The notes beneath the pieces were generated by a model. It was not told the DNA's origin, made no database searches, and was given only the letters and a program-made list of their open reading frames with translations. From NCBI GenBank assembly GCA_964577205.1, contig CAZNYG010000003.1, positions 1 to 54,126 on the forward strand: a stretch of DNA of 54,126 nt, read 5' to 3'. Position 1 is the first letter of the stretch. Each line of letters opens with the position of its first letter. This document shows, in pieces, positions 1-10,725 of the stretch. Source of the DNA: an uncultured Elusimicrobiales bacterium (GTDB lineage: Bacteria; Elusimicrobiota; Endomicrobiia; Endomicrobiales; CAIRNS01). The translations under genes were made by a program, and so were the position numbers.

Positions 1-138
1 AACCTGTGAACGCAAGTCCAGGGCGATTGACTTCCGAGACCATGATGGGCCGTTGAAGACCCTCGACCCCCGCCGCCAGTTCCAGCTTCAGGTCCTCACT
101 TTTTTCCTGGAGAAGCTTTCCGACGGTAACAACCGCCA
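1..138 (-). CDS. hprK: HPr kinase/phosphorylase, N-terminal fragment (gene continues beyond the window edge)
   Basis: Hand translation from the ATG at 138 gives MAVVTVGKLLQEKSEDLKLELAAGVEGLQRPIMVSEVNRPGLAFTG. This fits the conserved HprK N-terminus (L.L..G..G..RpI....NRPGL...G). The start abuts the ptsN stop at 139-141. Confidence 0.65.
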
Positions 139-597
139 TTAATACGCATCCTCCTGCTGGATGATCTTGACCACTTCTTCCACCGTGGCGCCTTCGCGCA
201 GGGCCTGGCGGAAGAACTTATCCTTGAACAGGCGTGAAATGCGCGATAAAGCCTTCAAATGCTGCCCGGCGACTTCAGCGGGCCCTACCAGCAGGAAAAT
301 GATGTAAACCGGTTCACCGTCAAGAGAATTGAATTCGACGCCTTTCTGGGATATGCCGAGCGCGCCGATCTGAACGGACACGGCGTCAGTTTTCCCATGG
401 GGTATCGCCACACCCTGTCCAATTCCCGTTGAGCCGAGCTTTTCGCGCTCCATGACGATCTCAACGATCTCCGAGGTGTTCTTTATCCTGCCCGCCTTGC
501 GCATCATATCCACGAGTTCGGTGATCGCCGATTTTTTATCCTGTGATTTAAGGTCGATCGTTATGGCCTCTGGACAAAGAAAATCCATGATCTTCAT
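139..597 (-). CDS. ptsN: PTS EIIA-type nitrogen regulatory protein (EIIA-Ntr)
   Basis: 152 aa. Phospho-His motif GIGQGVAIPHGK. Sits downstream of hpf, as in the conserved lptB-(rpoN)-hpf-ptsN cluster. Strong SD AGGAGGAAC upstream. Confidence 0.8.
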   Translation of the reverse strand: MKIMDFLCPEAITIDLKSQDKKSAITELVDMMRKAGRIKNTSEIVEIVMEREKLGSTGIGQGVAIPHGKTDAVSVQIGALGISQKGVEFNSLDGEPVYIIFLLVGPAEVAGQHLKALSRISRLFKDKFFRQALREGATVEEVVKIIQQEDAY

Positions 598-716
598 TTC
601 GGTTGTTCCTCCTAACTCCGGGGATCGGCCTGGAACGCCGTATTCGCGGAGCAGTTAATCGCTATGGCAATTGGCCGGCAATGCACGCGTAACGCGATGT
701 TTCTGCCGTCGTTTTA

Positions 717-1271
717 TCACATGTCCGGTTCGATCAGACCCAGGGAACCGTTCTCCCTGCGGTATACGACGCTCACTTTCTGCGTCTCCGCGCTCATGAA
801 CATGTAAAATCTGTATTTCATCAGGTCCATCTCCCGTACCGCGTCCTGCATCGGCATTGGTTTCATGTCGAAGCGTTTGACCTGGGTGATCATATTCTGA
901 TCGGCTATAAGCTCTTCGTACGGCACAACCTTTGCCTGGGATACGGACGCCTTTTTCTGTGTGGCCACCTCGAGCTTTGCCCTGCGGTTTATCTTGAATT
1001 TTTCTTTGTGTTTTTTTAATTGTTTTTCGATCTTGTCGACCGCAAGGTCTATCGCGGCGTAAAGATCGAGCGATTCTTCTTTGGAACGGAAGGTCATTTT
1101 CGAGGCGTGGATGACGATCTCAGCTTCCTGGCGGTATTTCTCAACGGAAAGAATAACCTGGGCCCAGACAAGATGATCCAGATAGCGCTCGCAGCGTTCA
1201 ACTTTCTTCTGCACGTAGTCCGCAAGTGCCTGGGTTAATTCGAGATGACGGGCGGTAATGTTGACTTGCAT
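717..1271 (-). CDS. hpf: Ribosome hibernation promoting factor, long form
   Basis: 184 aa. N-terminal S30AE/sigma-54-modulation domain (MQVNITARHLELT..L.DYV..K) plus a C-terminal dimerisation extension. SD AGGAGAG upstream. Confidence 0.9.
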   Translation of the reverse strand: MQVNITARHLELTQALADYVQKKVERCERYLDHLVWAQVILSVEKYRQEAEIVIHASKMTFRSKEESLDLYAAIDLAVDKIEKQLKKHKEKFKINRRAKLEVATQKKASVSQAKVVPYEELIADQNMITQVKRFDMKPMPMQDAVREMDLMKYRFYMFMSAETQKVSVVYRRENGSLGLIEPDM

Positions 1272-1316
1272 AATTCTCTCCTTTTATAGCAAATTATTGA
1301 AGTTTCTGCAATGCCG

Positions 1317-1344
1317 CGAAAACGGCGAAAATACGCCGTTTTCG
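1317..1344 (-). terminator. Candidate intrinsic terminator after lptB
   Basis: Perfect 11-bp inverted repeat CGAAAACGGCG / CGCCGTTTTCG with a 6-nt loop. The U-rich 3' arm runs into TTTTCG on the minus strand. A second 7-bp hairpin, TTGCCGC-ttc-GCGGCAA, lies at 1351-1367. Confidence 0.3.
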
Positions 1345-1439
1345 AGGTAATTGCCGCTTCGCGGCAAAAGAGACACATAATACATTCATTTACGCGCAGG
1401 GGAGGGCGAGCTTTCGCCGCCCATACACAACAACAAATA

Positions 1440-2159
<720 letters not shown>

Positions 2160-2188
2160 GATGGCCTTTTCTCCGCTTTCCCGGCCTG

Positions 2189-2872
2189 CTACCTTGCCGG
2201 GACGGCGCTCGATTTTGAAACAAAGTAAATCTTCCCGTTCACGTTGCCGTCCATTATCACATGCCTGTCATTCATGAACAGGGTTATCGTATCGGCAAAA
2301 TAATTCCCCCTCTGTTCCGGGTCTTTATAGCGTATCTCAGGCTGCGCGGCCTGTCCGCTCAGCACCGCCTTTTTATCATTTTGCAGAAATACCGCCCGCG
2401 GCGCCAGGGCCGTTGCCGAGGAAGTAATGATCTCCACCCCTCCTTCGGCCTGAATTTCCTGCCGGGCGCGCGAGATCCTTATCCGGTCGGCATTGAGATG
2501 AACCGGGCCCGTCGACGCCCTGGCCTGGTACATGACGGACGGCCGTCCTTCCCACAGTTCACCTTCGCCGGTCGCCGTGTTAAAGAAAGCTTTCTCCGCC
2601 CGGCCGTTCAACGGTTCGCTGTCCTGCGTCACGGTATAGAACGTCACGTTCCCTTCGGCTTCTACGCGGTCGCGTTTTTTTTCCTGAACGATCCTGCGCG
2701 CCTTCAGGACGTTCTTTCCCTGCGATACCTTTGAATTTCCCGAAAAGACGACTTTTTCGCCGTTCCTGATGATCTCCATCTGGTCTCCGGTTATGATCGT
2801 CTTCTCTTCGGCGGCCGCGACCCCCGCAGCGGCGCACTCAAGAACGATTATGAGCGCCGCGATCCATTTCAT
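2189..2872 (-). CDS. lptA: LptA/OstA-like periplasmic LPS transport protein
   Basis: 227 aa with a signal peptide (MKWIAALIIVLECAAAGVAAA). Repeated OstA_N-like beta-jellyroll segments (ITGDQMEI....V.F.GN). Synteny lptC-lptA-lptB. Confidence 0.7.
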   Translation of the reverse strand: MKWIAALIIVLECAAAGVAAAEEKTIITGDQMEIIRNGEKVVFSGNSKVSQGKNVLKARRIVQEKKRDRVEAEGNVTFYTVTQDSEPLNGRAEKAFFNTATGEGELWEGRPSVMYQARASTGPVHLNADRIRISRARQEIQAEGGVEIITSSATALAPRAVFLQNDKKAVLSGQAAQPEIRYKDPEQRGNYFADTITLFMNDRHVIMDGNVNGKIYFVSKSSAVPAR

Positions 2873-3435
2873 CAGGCGCCCCTTTTCGTCCCGGACGGCG
2901 AGACTTCGACACGCTGTTTCCTGATTATGATCGACGACAGGTCCGGGGTCGCTTCCATGCCCTGGCCTTTAACGACCTCATCTTCGCGCGTAAGGGTCAC
3001 CTTGTCATCCGTCACGATCTTCTGAATATCCGACCGGTAATGGAGGTTGCTCGTTTCGAGCCGCTCGCCCTTAGCGGTATCGATAGTGCATGGCCCTTCA
3101 GCCCAGATGTCGTAATTGCCGGTATTGATGCGGCCTTTTGCCGCCACCAGCGTGGACACATATTCCCCGTTCTGGTAAAAACTGATCCGGGGCATCTGCA
3201 GCAGCACTTTTTTTTCTTTCTCCATGATCTGGGCGGTAGAGGCCTCGAGCACCCAGTGAGGCTTCCCTTCTTCCGTTTCCGTCACGCTGAATTTCTCTAT
3301 CGCCTGTTCCGGGATCGGAGGAGCTTCTTCGATCCGGCTGTTCGGCGTCTTCGCCAAATTGCCGCTGCATCCCGCCGCAAGCGCGACAAAGGCAGATACC
3401 CCCATGACATAGAAAACATTCTTGATAAACCGCAC
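2872..3435 (-). CDS. lptC: LptC-like LPS export protein (lipoprotein-type N-terminus)
   Basis: 187 aa, GTG start. Lipobox-like LAAGC. Size and position match the kdsC-...-lptC-lptA-lptB order. The stop overlaps the lptA start. Called mainly on synteny. Confidence 0.55.
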   Translation of the reverse strand: MRFIKNVFYVMGVSAFVALAAGCSGNLAKTPNSRIEEAPPIPEQAIEKFSVTETEEGKPHWVLEASTAQIMEKEKKVLLQMPRISFYQNGEYVSTLVAAKGRINTGNYDIWAEGPCTIDTAKGERLETSNLHYRSDIQKIVTDDKVTLTREDEVVKGQGMEATPDLSSIIIRKQRVEVSPSGTKRGA

Positions 3436-3524
3436 TGTTTTCCCCGCTGCCCGAACACCCGGGCCTTCTTTTTTTCTTGTGTTTACGTGTTATCGATCCA
3501 CTGCCGTGTTGATATGCTGACTCT

Positions 3525-4454
3525 TCAACCCGTCCGTTCGCGCGTTTTCCATCTGCGATGCATCCATACCCATTGAGCCGGATACTTCCGTATGTGATCT
3601 TCGATCAATCGTGTGAACGCCTGCGTATTGATCACAATATCACTCTCCTGGTCGCCTGTTCTCTTCAGTTCCAGCGGCCCGGAAAGCTTTACCGTGTGAC
3701 GGTCGTCTTTTTCCCTGACGTCAAACGCCGCGACGACCGGGGCGCCGGTACGCAGCGCCAGCGCCGCGAGGCCCGACGGGGTCCACGCCGCGGCACCGAA
3801 GAAATCGACAAAAACGCTCTGCACGTCCGTATCCTGGTCTATCAGCAGTCCGACTGCTTCGTTATGGCGCAGGCTTCGCAGCATATCCCTCGCGGATTCC
3901 CTGCCGGAGCGAAGGATGACCTTGACCCCTTTCTGCTCCCTGTAACCGACCAGCATCCGGTTCAGCCCTTCGATGTATATGCGCCTGGCGATGACGTTCA
4001 GAGGGATGCCTTCGGCAGCCAGCGCGGCGGCCATTATTTCCCAGTTCCCGCAGTGCGCGCTCAGGATCAGCACGCCTTTCCCTTCATCAAACGCCTTCCG
4101 GAAAGCGTCCCTGTTCTCGATCGTGACGATACGGGCGAACTCTGCAGGGCCTGTTTTCGGAAAAGAGAACAGCTCGAAAAGGTTTTTCCCCTGGTTGACG
4201 AAAACTTCCCGCGCCATGGCCCGCCGTTCCGGGCCCGGCATGTCCGGAAAAGCTTTTTTCAGATGTGCCTGTGTGTCTTCCTTTGCCTTTACCGCGGCGT
4301 AATACGCCAGCAGCCCCAACGCTCCTCCGGCGGCTACCGCGAACCGGTAGGGAAGCAGCCGGACAACCATCGCGGCGGCAGCGGCGGCCGCGAAATATCC
4401 CTGACGGATGACTTTTTTAATGGTCACAGATACCCTTCCGTCGCCTGTTCCCAC
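3525..4454 (-). CDS. Lipid A biosynthesis (Kdo2-lipid IVA) acyltransferase, LpxL/HtrB family
   Basis: 309 aa with an N-terminal TM segment. AHCGNWE (H-x4-E/D acyltransferase motif). C-terminal YPAQWVWMHRRWK is typical of the LpxL/LpxM family. An alternative GTG start at 4427 would give a 4-nt overlap with the kdsC stop. Confidence 0.75.
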   Translation of the reverse strand: MGTGDGRVSVTIKKVIRQGYFAAAAAAAMVVRLLPYRFAVAAGGALGLLAYYAAVKAKEDTQAHLKKAFPDMPGPERRAMAREVFVNQGKNLFELFSFPKTGPAEFARIVTIENRDAFRKAFDEGKGVLILSAHCGNWEIMAAALAAEGIPLNVIARRIYIEGLNRMLVGYREQKGVKVILRSGRESARDMLRSLRHNEAVGLLIDQDTDVQSVFVDFFGAAAWTPSGLAALALRTGAPVVAAFDVREKDDRHTVKLSGPLELKRTGDQESDIVINTQAFTRLIEDHIRKYPAQWVWMHRRWKTRERTG

Positions 4455-4966
4455 AACCCGCGCGCCTTCAGTACCAGCTCGATCGTGTCGCGCAGTACCC
4501 CTTTCCCTCCCGGGAACGGTGAGATATAATGCGCTTCCTTTTTAACTTCGTCGGGAGCGTCCGACGGACAGATCGCAAGGCCAGCCATGCGGAAGACCGG
4601 GATGTCCACCAGATCATCGCCGACAAAAACCGCCTGTTCCGGGGAAAGCCCGCGGCGGGACAGTATTTCCGTCATCGCTTCGCGTTTCGCCATGCAGTTC
4701 TGTACCAGCTCGTGAATGCCGATCTCACCGGCCCGGTCGGCTACCTGCCGCGATCCACGGCCGGTGATCCACGCGAAAACAAGAGGGTCTTTCGATCTGC
4801 GCGAGAGATGGAACGCGAAACGGTCCTTAACGCTCCAGATCTTGACTTCCTCCCCCGACTCAAGGACGATGATCTCCCCGCCGGTCAGGACGCCGTCTAT
4901 GTCCATGCCGACAAGCCGTATATTCGCCGCGCGTCGCTTCAGTTCCGGGGGTATATTTTCGTGCAC
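4424..4966 (-). CDS. kdsC: 3-deoxy-D-manno-octulosonate 8-phosphate phosphatase (HAD)
   Basis: 180 aa. HAD motif I MDIDGVLTGG and a later GDDLVD motif. Lies within the Kdo/Lpt gene context. Confidence 0.8.
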   Translation of the reverse strand: MHENIPPELKRRAANIRLVGMDIDGVLTGGEIIVLESGEEVKIWSVKDRFAFHLSRRSKDPLVFAWITGRGSRQVADRAGEIGIHELVQNCMAKREAMTEILSRRGLSPEQAVFVGDDLVDIPVFRMAGLAICPSDAPDEVKKEAHYISPFPGGKGVLRDTIELVLKARGLWEQATEGYL

Positions 4967-4980
4967 AGTAGCTCCAGTAA

Positions 4981-5140
4981 GAATAGCATTCGGCTCATAG
5001 CTCGCAGCTCATGAGCAAACGCGGCCAGGCATTGCGGTCATGACATCTCCGGCGCAATATCAACTATGAACTAAATCACCGGCTTGCTCAGTTGTTTTGC
5101 CGTACTGATGAGCTATGAGCTGACTTGCTGCCTTATCCAA
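4981..5140. repeat. Degenerate copy (A) of the intergenic hairpin/short-tandem-unit element family
   Basis: Inverted 11-mers GCTCATAGCTC (4993-5003) and GAGCTATGAGC (5110-5120) sit inside arms rich in GCTCAT/GAGCT units. On the minus strand it starts at the Zn-ribbon stop codon as TAAGGCAGC, resembling the AAAGGCG start of copies B and C. Confidence 0.4.
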
Positions 5141-5387
5141 CCGCTTCATTTTTCGGCATTTCTTTAAGCCAGGGAGTGATATCCTTCGGGATCTGGCGCA
5201 TGTACGGTTTCAATATATGGCTGAACGCGAAGAAAACGATAAGAAGAACGACATATATGACACCCAGCGTTTTCGCGTGCCATTTCCAGTCCGGTCTCCA
5301 CAACTGCACCGGGTTGAATTCGTTGCCGCACTTGCGGCAGTTTTTCGCGTTATCCTTGTTCTCCGTCTGGCATTTCGGGCATTTCAT
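5133..5387 (-). CDS. Small zinc-ribbon membrane protein (hypothetical)
   Basis: 84 aa. CPKC...CRKC zinc ribbon followed by one TM helix (LGVIYVVLLIVFFAF). SD AGGAGG 6 nt upstream of the ATG. Confidence 0.5.
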   Translation of the reverse strand: MKCPKCQTENKDNAKNCRKCGNEFNPVQLWRPDWKWHAKTLGVIYVVLLIVFFAFSHILKPYMRQIPKDITPWLKEMPKNEAVG

Positions 5388-5404
5388 TACAACCTCCTAC
5401 ATTT

Positions 5405-5443
5405 GAGCAATCAGCGATCAGCCTCAAGTTTTTCTCCGCCTTT
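5405..5443. repeat. Short member (F) of the intergenic element family
   Basis: Minus-strand reading just after the kdsA stop: TCAAAGGCGGAG...GCTGATC GCTGATT GCTC. It has the same AAAGGCG-after-stop motif, and its GCTGAT units resemble those of the ruvC-ruvA spacer. Confidence 0.3.
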
Positions 5444-5450
5444 GACAGCG

Positions 5451-6320
5451 TTAATGCCGTTGTCTTGGCTGACTGACAGCTGATTGCTGAAAGCTCTTTA
5501 CAAGCTTATCTATCGCCGTGATCTCGGAGAGGAAACGAGGGAGTTCCTTCAGGGACAGGCTGTTCGGCCCGTCCGAAAGAGCGCGGCGCGGATCTGAATG
5601 CACTTCCACAAAGACGGCGGCGATCCCCAGCGAAGCGGCGGCCTTCGCGAGCGGGCGCACGAACTCCCTCTGGCCGCCCGTCGCGCGGCCCAGACCGCCG
5701 GGAAGCTGGACCGAATGTGTCGCGTCGAAAACGACCGGGTATCCAGTCCTCTTCATGATCTCTATCGAACGCAGGTCGAGGATCAAATTATGATATCCGA
5801 ACGTCGTCCCGCGTTCAGTGAACATGATCGAACGGTTGCCGGTCACTTCTATCTTTTCAGCGACATTGTTCAGGTCTTCCGGGGCAAGGAACTGGCCTTT
5901 TTTCACGTTGACCGGAAGCCCGGCCTGGCCGCAGGCGATCACCAGGTCGGTCTGCCGGCAAAGGAATGCCGGTATCTGGATGATGTCCACCACTTTTGCC
6001 GCTTCGGCGGCTTCCGCGCAGGAATGCACATCGGTCAATATCGGTACGCCGCATGACTGTTTGATCTTTTCCAGCACGCGCAGCCCTTCTTCCAGCCCGG
6101 GCCCGCGGTAGGACTTGATAGACGACCGGTTAGCCTTGTCGTATGAAGCCTTGAAAACGAACGGGATCTTATGCCTGCCGGTCAGTTCCGTCAACGCGCG
6201 GGCAAGCGACAACGCTCCCTTTTCCGATTCTATGACGCAGGGTCCGGCGATCAGCGTCAGCGGCCGGCAGTTGCCCAGTTCGATGGAATCGCCGATCTTT
6301 ATATTCTTCTGTTTTCTCAT
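5451..6320 (-). CDS. kdsA: 2-dehydro-3-deoxyphosphooctonate aldolase (Kdo8P synthase)
   Basis: 289 aa. Full-length resemblance to KdsA (GPCVIES, FKASYDKANRSS, DVHS, QIPAFLCRQTDL, DATHSVQ.PGG). Confidence 0.95.
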   Translation of the reverse strand: MRKQKNIKIGDSIELGNCRPLTLIAGPCVIESEKGALSLARALTELTGRHKIPFVFKASYDKANRSSIKSYRGPGLEEGLRVLEKIKQSCGVPILTDVHSCAEAAEAAKVVDIIQIPAFLCRQTDLVIACGQAGLPVNVKKGQFLAPEDLNNVAEKIEVTGNRSIMFTERGTTFGYHNLILDLRSIEIMKRTGYPVVFDATHSVQLPGGLGRATGGQREFVRPLAKAAASLGIAAVFVEVHSDPRRALSDGPNSLSLKELPRFLSEITAIDKLVKSFQQSAVSQPRQRH

Positions 6321-6332
6321 TCGTCCCTCAGG

Positions 6333-8659
<2,327 letters not shown>

Positions 8660-8680
8660 AAAGGTGGACTGAAGCCCGGT

Positions 8681-9664
8681 TTATTGCTTGAAGTTAGCGA
8701 TCGCAGCGCGCAGTTCCTCTGGTGAAACGGTAGCGGTCCCTATCTTGCCTACGACGATGCCCGCGGCAAAATTCGATATCTCGGCCGCTTCCCGGAATGC
8801 CGCCTGAGCGGCAAGGGACAGCGTGAATGTCGCTATGACGGTGTCGCCGGCGCCCGTGACGTCGTACACTTCCTTGGCGCGCGTCGGTATATGTGTGATG
8901 CGGTTGTTCGGTTCGAATAGCGTCATACCTTTTTCTCCCCGCGTGATGAGAACCGAACTGGATGAAAGTTTCCTGAGGATGCGCCTGCCCAGTTCAAATA
9001 TGCTTTCGTCGTTCGAGATGTCGCGCGCGTGCATGCCGGCGATTGCCTCCGCCGTGTTCGGCGTTATGCAACTGACCTTTTTGTACCGGAGAAAATGTTC
9101 TATCTTGGGGTCTACCGTTATCGGTATCTTGTGACGGTGGGCAAGGTGGATCGCGCGGGAAAGCACGGACGGAGTCACCACGCCTTTTCCGTAATCCGAG
9201 ATAATGACGGCCTGCGCCGAAGGTATCAGATCTTCGAGCCGGCTGATGAGCTCTTTCTGGAGCCCCTGAGTGAGCGCCCCCTTGATCTCCCGGTCAACGC
9301 GCACGACCTGCTGATGAGAAGCGATGATGCGCGTTTTGATGATCGTCGGACGCATGTCGTCGAAAACAAGGCCGTCCGTATCGATGCTCCGTTTCCGGAG
9401 GTCGTCTTTCAGCTGCTCCGCCACACCGTCGCGCCCTACCACGCCTATGACGCAGGCCCTGCCGCCCAGCGCGGTGATATTGCTCGCGACGTTGCCCGCG
9501 CCGCCCAGGACGGCCGATTCGCGGGTAACCTCAACGACCGGCACCGGAGCTTCCGGCGAAATACGGGAAACCCTGCCCCACACGAACTTGTCCACCATGA
9601 GGTCGCCGAGCACCAGGACTTTCTGTTTGCCGAACTGAGGGATAAGCCGTAACAATCCGTCCAT
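8681..9664 (-). CDS. hldA: D-glycero-beta-D-manno-heptose-7-phosphate kinase (RfaE domain I type, monofunctional)
   Basis: 327 aa of the PfkB/ribokinase family. VLVLGDLMVDKFVWG..SRISPEAPVPV is typical of RfaE/HldA. C-terminal DVTGAGDT. No adenylyltransferase domain is attached. Confidence 0.85.
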   Translation of the reverse strand: MDGLLRLIPQFGKQKVLVLGDLMVDKFVWGRVSRISPEAPVPVVEVTRESAVLGGAGNVASNITALGGRACVIGVVGRDGVAEQLKDDLRKRSIDTDGLVFDDMRPTIIKTRIIASHQQVVRVDREIKGALTQGLQKELISRLEDLIPSAQAVIISDYGKGVVTPSVLSRAIHLAHRHKIPITVDPKIEHFLRYKKVSCITPNTAEAIAGMHARDISNDESIFELGRRILRKLSSSSVLITRGEKGMTLFEPNNRITHIPTRAKEVYDVTGAGDTVIATFTLSLAAQAAFREAAEISNFAAGIVVGKIGTATVSPEELRAAIANFKQ

Positions 9665-10668
9665 TATTTATCTCCGGTAAAATACAGCAGCGCGCTGTAG
9701 AGCAGCGGCAGCATGAGCTCGTGGTGGCCGGTAAAATCATAGCCCCGTCCGTTGTCCATCGTCGGCCGCGAAACAATGTTCTGGTAAGGCCGGTACTGGC
9801 GGATCATGTCGAAGTTCGCGGTCGTGAAACCGAAGACTTTGTGCCCGAGGTTGCGGCAGACGGTCAGCGCCTTGAGGAATACTTCCGGCAGAATGACCGC
9901 GCTGCCGAAATTTAAAAGGACGCCGCCCGATCCCATCCGCGACACGGTGTCGGCAAACGCAAGGAAGTCCTGATAACTTGCCTGGCCCCAGGCGGCGCCG
10001 TCGCATTGAGGGTGCTGGTAGATGATGTCCGTGCCGATGGCGACATGGGTTGTGAACGGCACCCGCAGCCGCCAGGCGTTCGCGTAGACGCTGAGCGAAC
10101 GGTAACGGAGGCGTTCCTGCTCGATCTCGCGCCCGATCGTCGCGCCAAGCCCCGCTTTTTCGCGAGCCGCGATACAGGCCGCTCCGTTCAGGAACTCTCC
10201 GGTCTCCCTGGCCATGCCGAAGGAACCGTCGCTCAGCCGCGCCGCCACATCTTCCGAGGTCTGGCCGGAAAGAGCCAGTTCGAAATCATGGACCGCCGAA
10301 GCGCCGTTGCTGGCGAAATGTGTAATGAAACCGCGCCGCGCCAGGTCGATAATGAGCGGGCTCAGGCCGCACTTGATGACATGCGCCCCGAATGTCAGTA
10401 TTATCGGCTTGCCTTTTTCTCGCGCTTTAATGATGGATTTTACCAAATTTTTGAGGTTTTTTCCAGTTAAAATGCCTGGGACGGCATCCCACAGGTCCTG
10501 AAAACGCGCGGGATCGCGCGACGGGCGGGCAAAAGCGCCGGTTTTTACCTTGCTGGGCCTGGTCATCAGCGTCACGGTACGCACGCGCGCCAGGTCGATT
10601 CGTTTCTTCACATTCGCCTCCAACCCCTTCCATGAAGGGCAAAAAGCAATAGGTCCTGAGACTATCAA
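9664..10668 (-). CDS. Deoxyhypusine-synthase-like (DHS-fold, COG1899-like) protein of unknown function
   Basis: 334 aa. By eye, FGAHVIKCGL...FASNGASAVHDFE...HVAIGTDIIYQH...GGVLLNFGSAVI lines up with the DHS blocks SNLISSG / TTAGGVEED / ALTDGSLGD / GGGVVKHH at similar spacing. The Lys of the last block appears replaced. The stop overlaps the hldA start by 1 nt. Confidence 0.45.
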   Translation of the reverse strand: MIVSGPIAFCPSWKGLEANVKKRIDLARVRTVTLMTRPSKVKTGAFARPSRDPARFQDLWDAVPGILTGKNLKNLVKSIIKAREKGKPIILTFGAHVIKCGLSPLIIDLARRGFITHFASNGASAVHDFELALSGQTSEDVAARLSDGSFGMARETGEFLNGAACIAAREKAGLGATIGREIEQERLRYRSLSVYANAWRLRVPFTTHVAIGTDIIYQHPQCDGAAWGQASYQDFLAFADTVSRMGSGGVLLNFGSAVILPEVFLKALTVCRNLGHKVFGFTTANFDMIRQYRPYQNIVSRPTMDNGRGYDFTGHHELMLPLLYSALLYFTGDK

Positions 10669-10690
10669 AAATGCATTACAGTTTCATTTG

Positions 10691-10725
10691 CTTCGACAAG
10701 TGGCGTCGTTCGCCATTTGTCGAAG
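10691..10725 (-). other. 15-bp stem-loop immediately after the stop codon of the LysM/DUF3108 gene
   Basis: CTTCGACAAGTGGCG-tcgtt-CGCCATTTGTCGAAG with one mismatch. No U-tract follows, so it is not a classical terminator. Confidence 0.4.

Noticed and set aside
1283-1311. TTGCAG-17 nt-TATAAA promoter-like sequence upstream of hpf.
   Set aside because: The -10 hexamer directly abuts the SD (TATAAAAGGAGAGAATTATG). A transcript from it would start inside or after the SD, which is inconsistent with the strong SD being used. hpf is more likely read from a longer upstream transcript.
3449-3477. Plus-strand terminator-like hairpin GCCCG-aacacc-CGGGC followed by CTTCTTTTTTTC.
   Set aside because: No plus-strand gene exists to terminate, and the stem is only 5 bp. 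On the sense (minus) strand it is just an A-rich tract before the lptC SD region.
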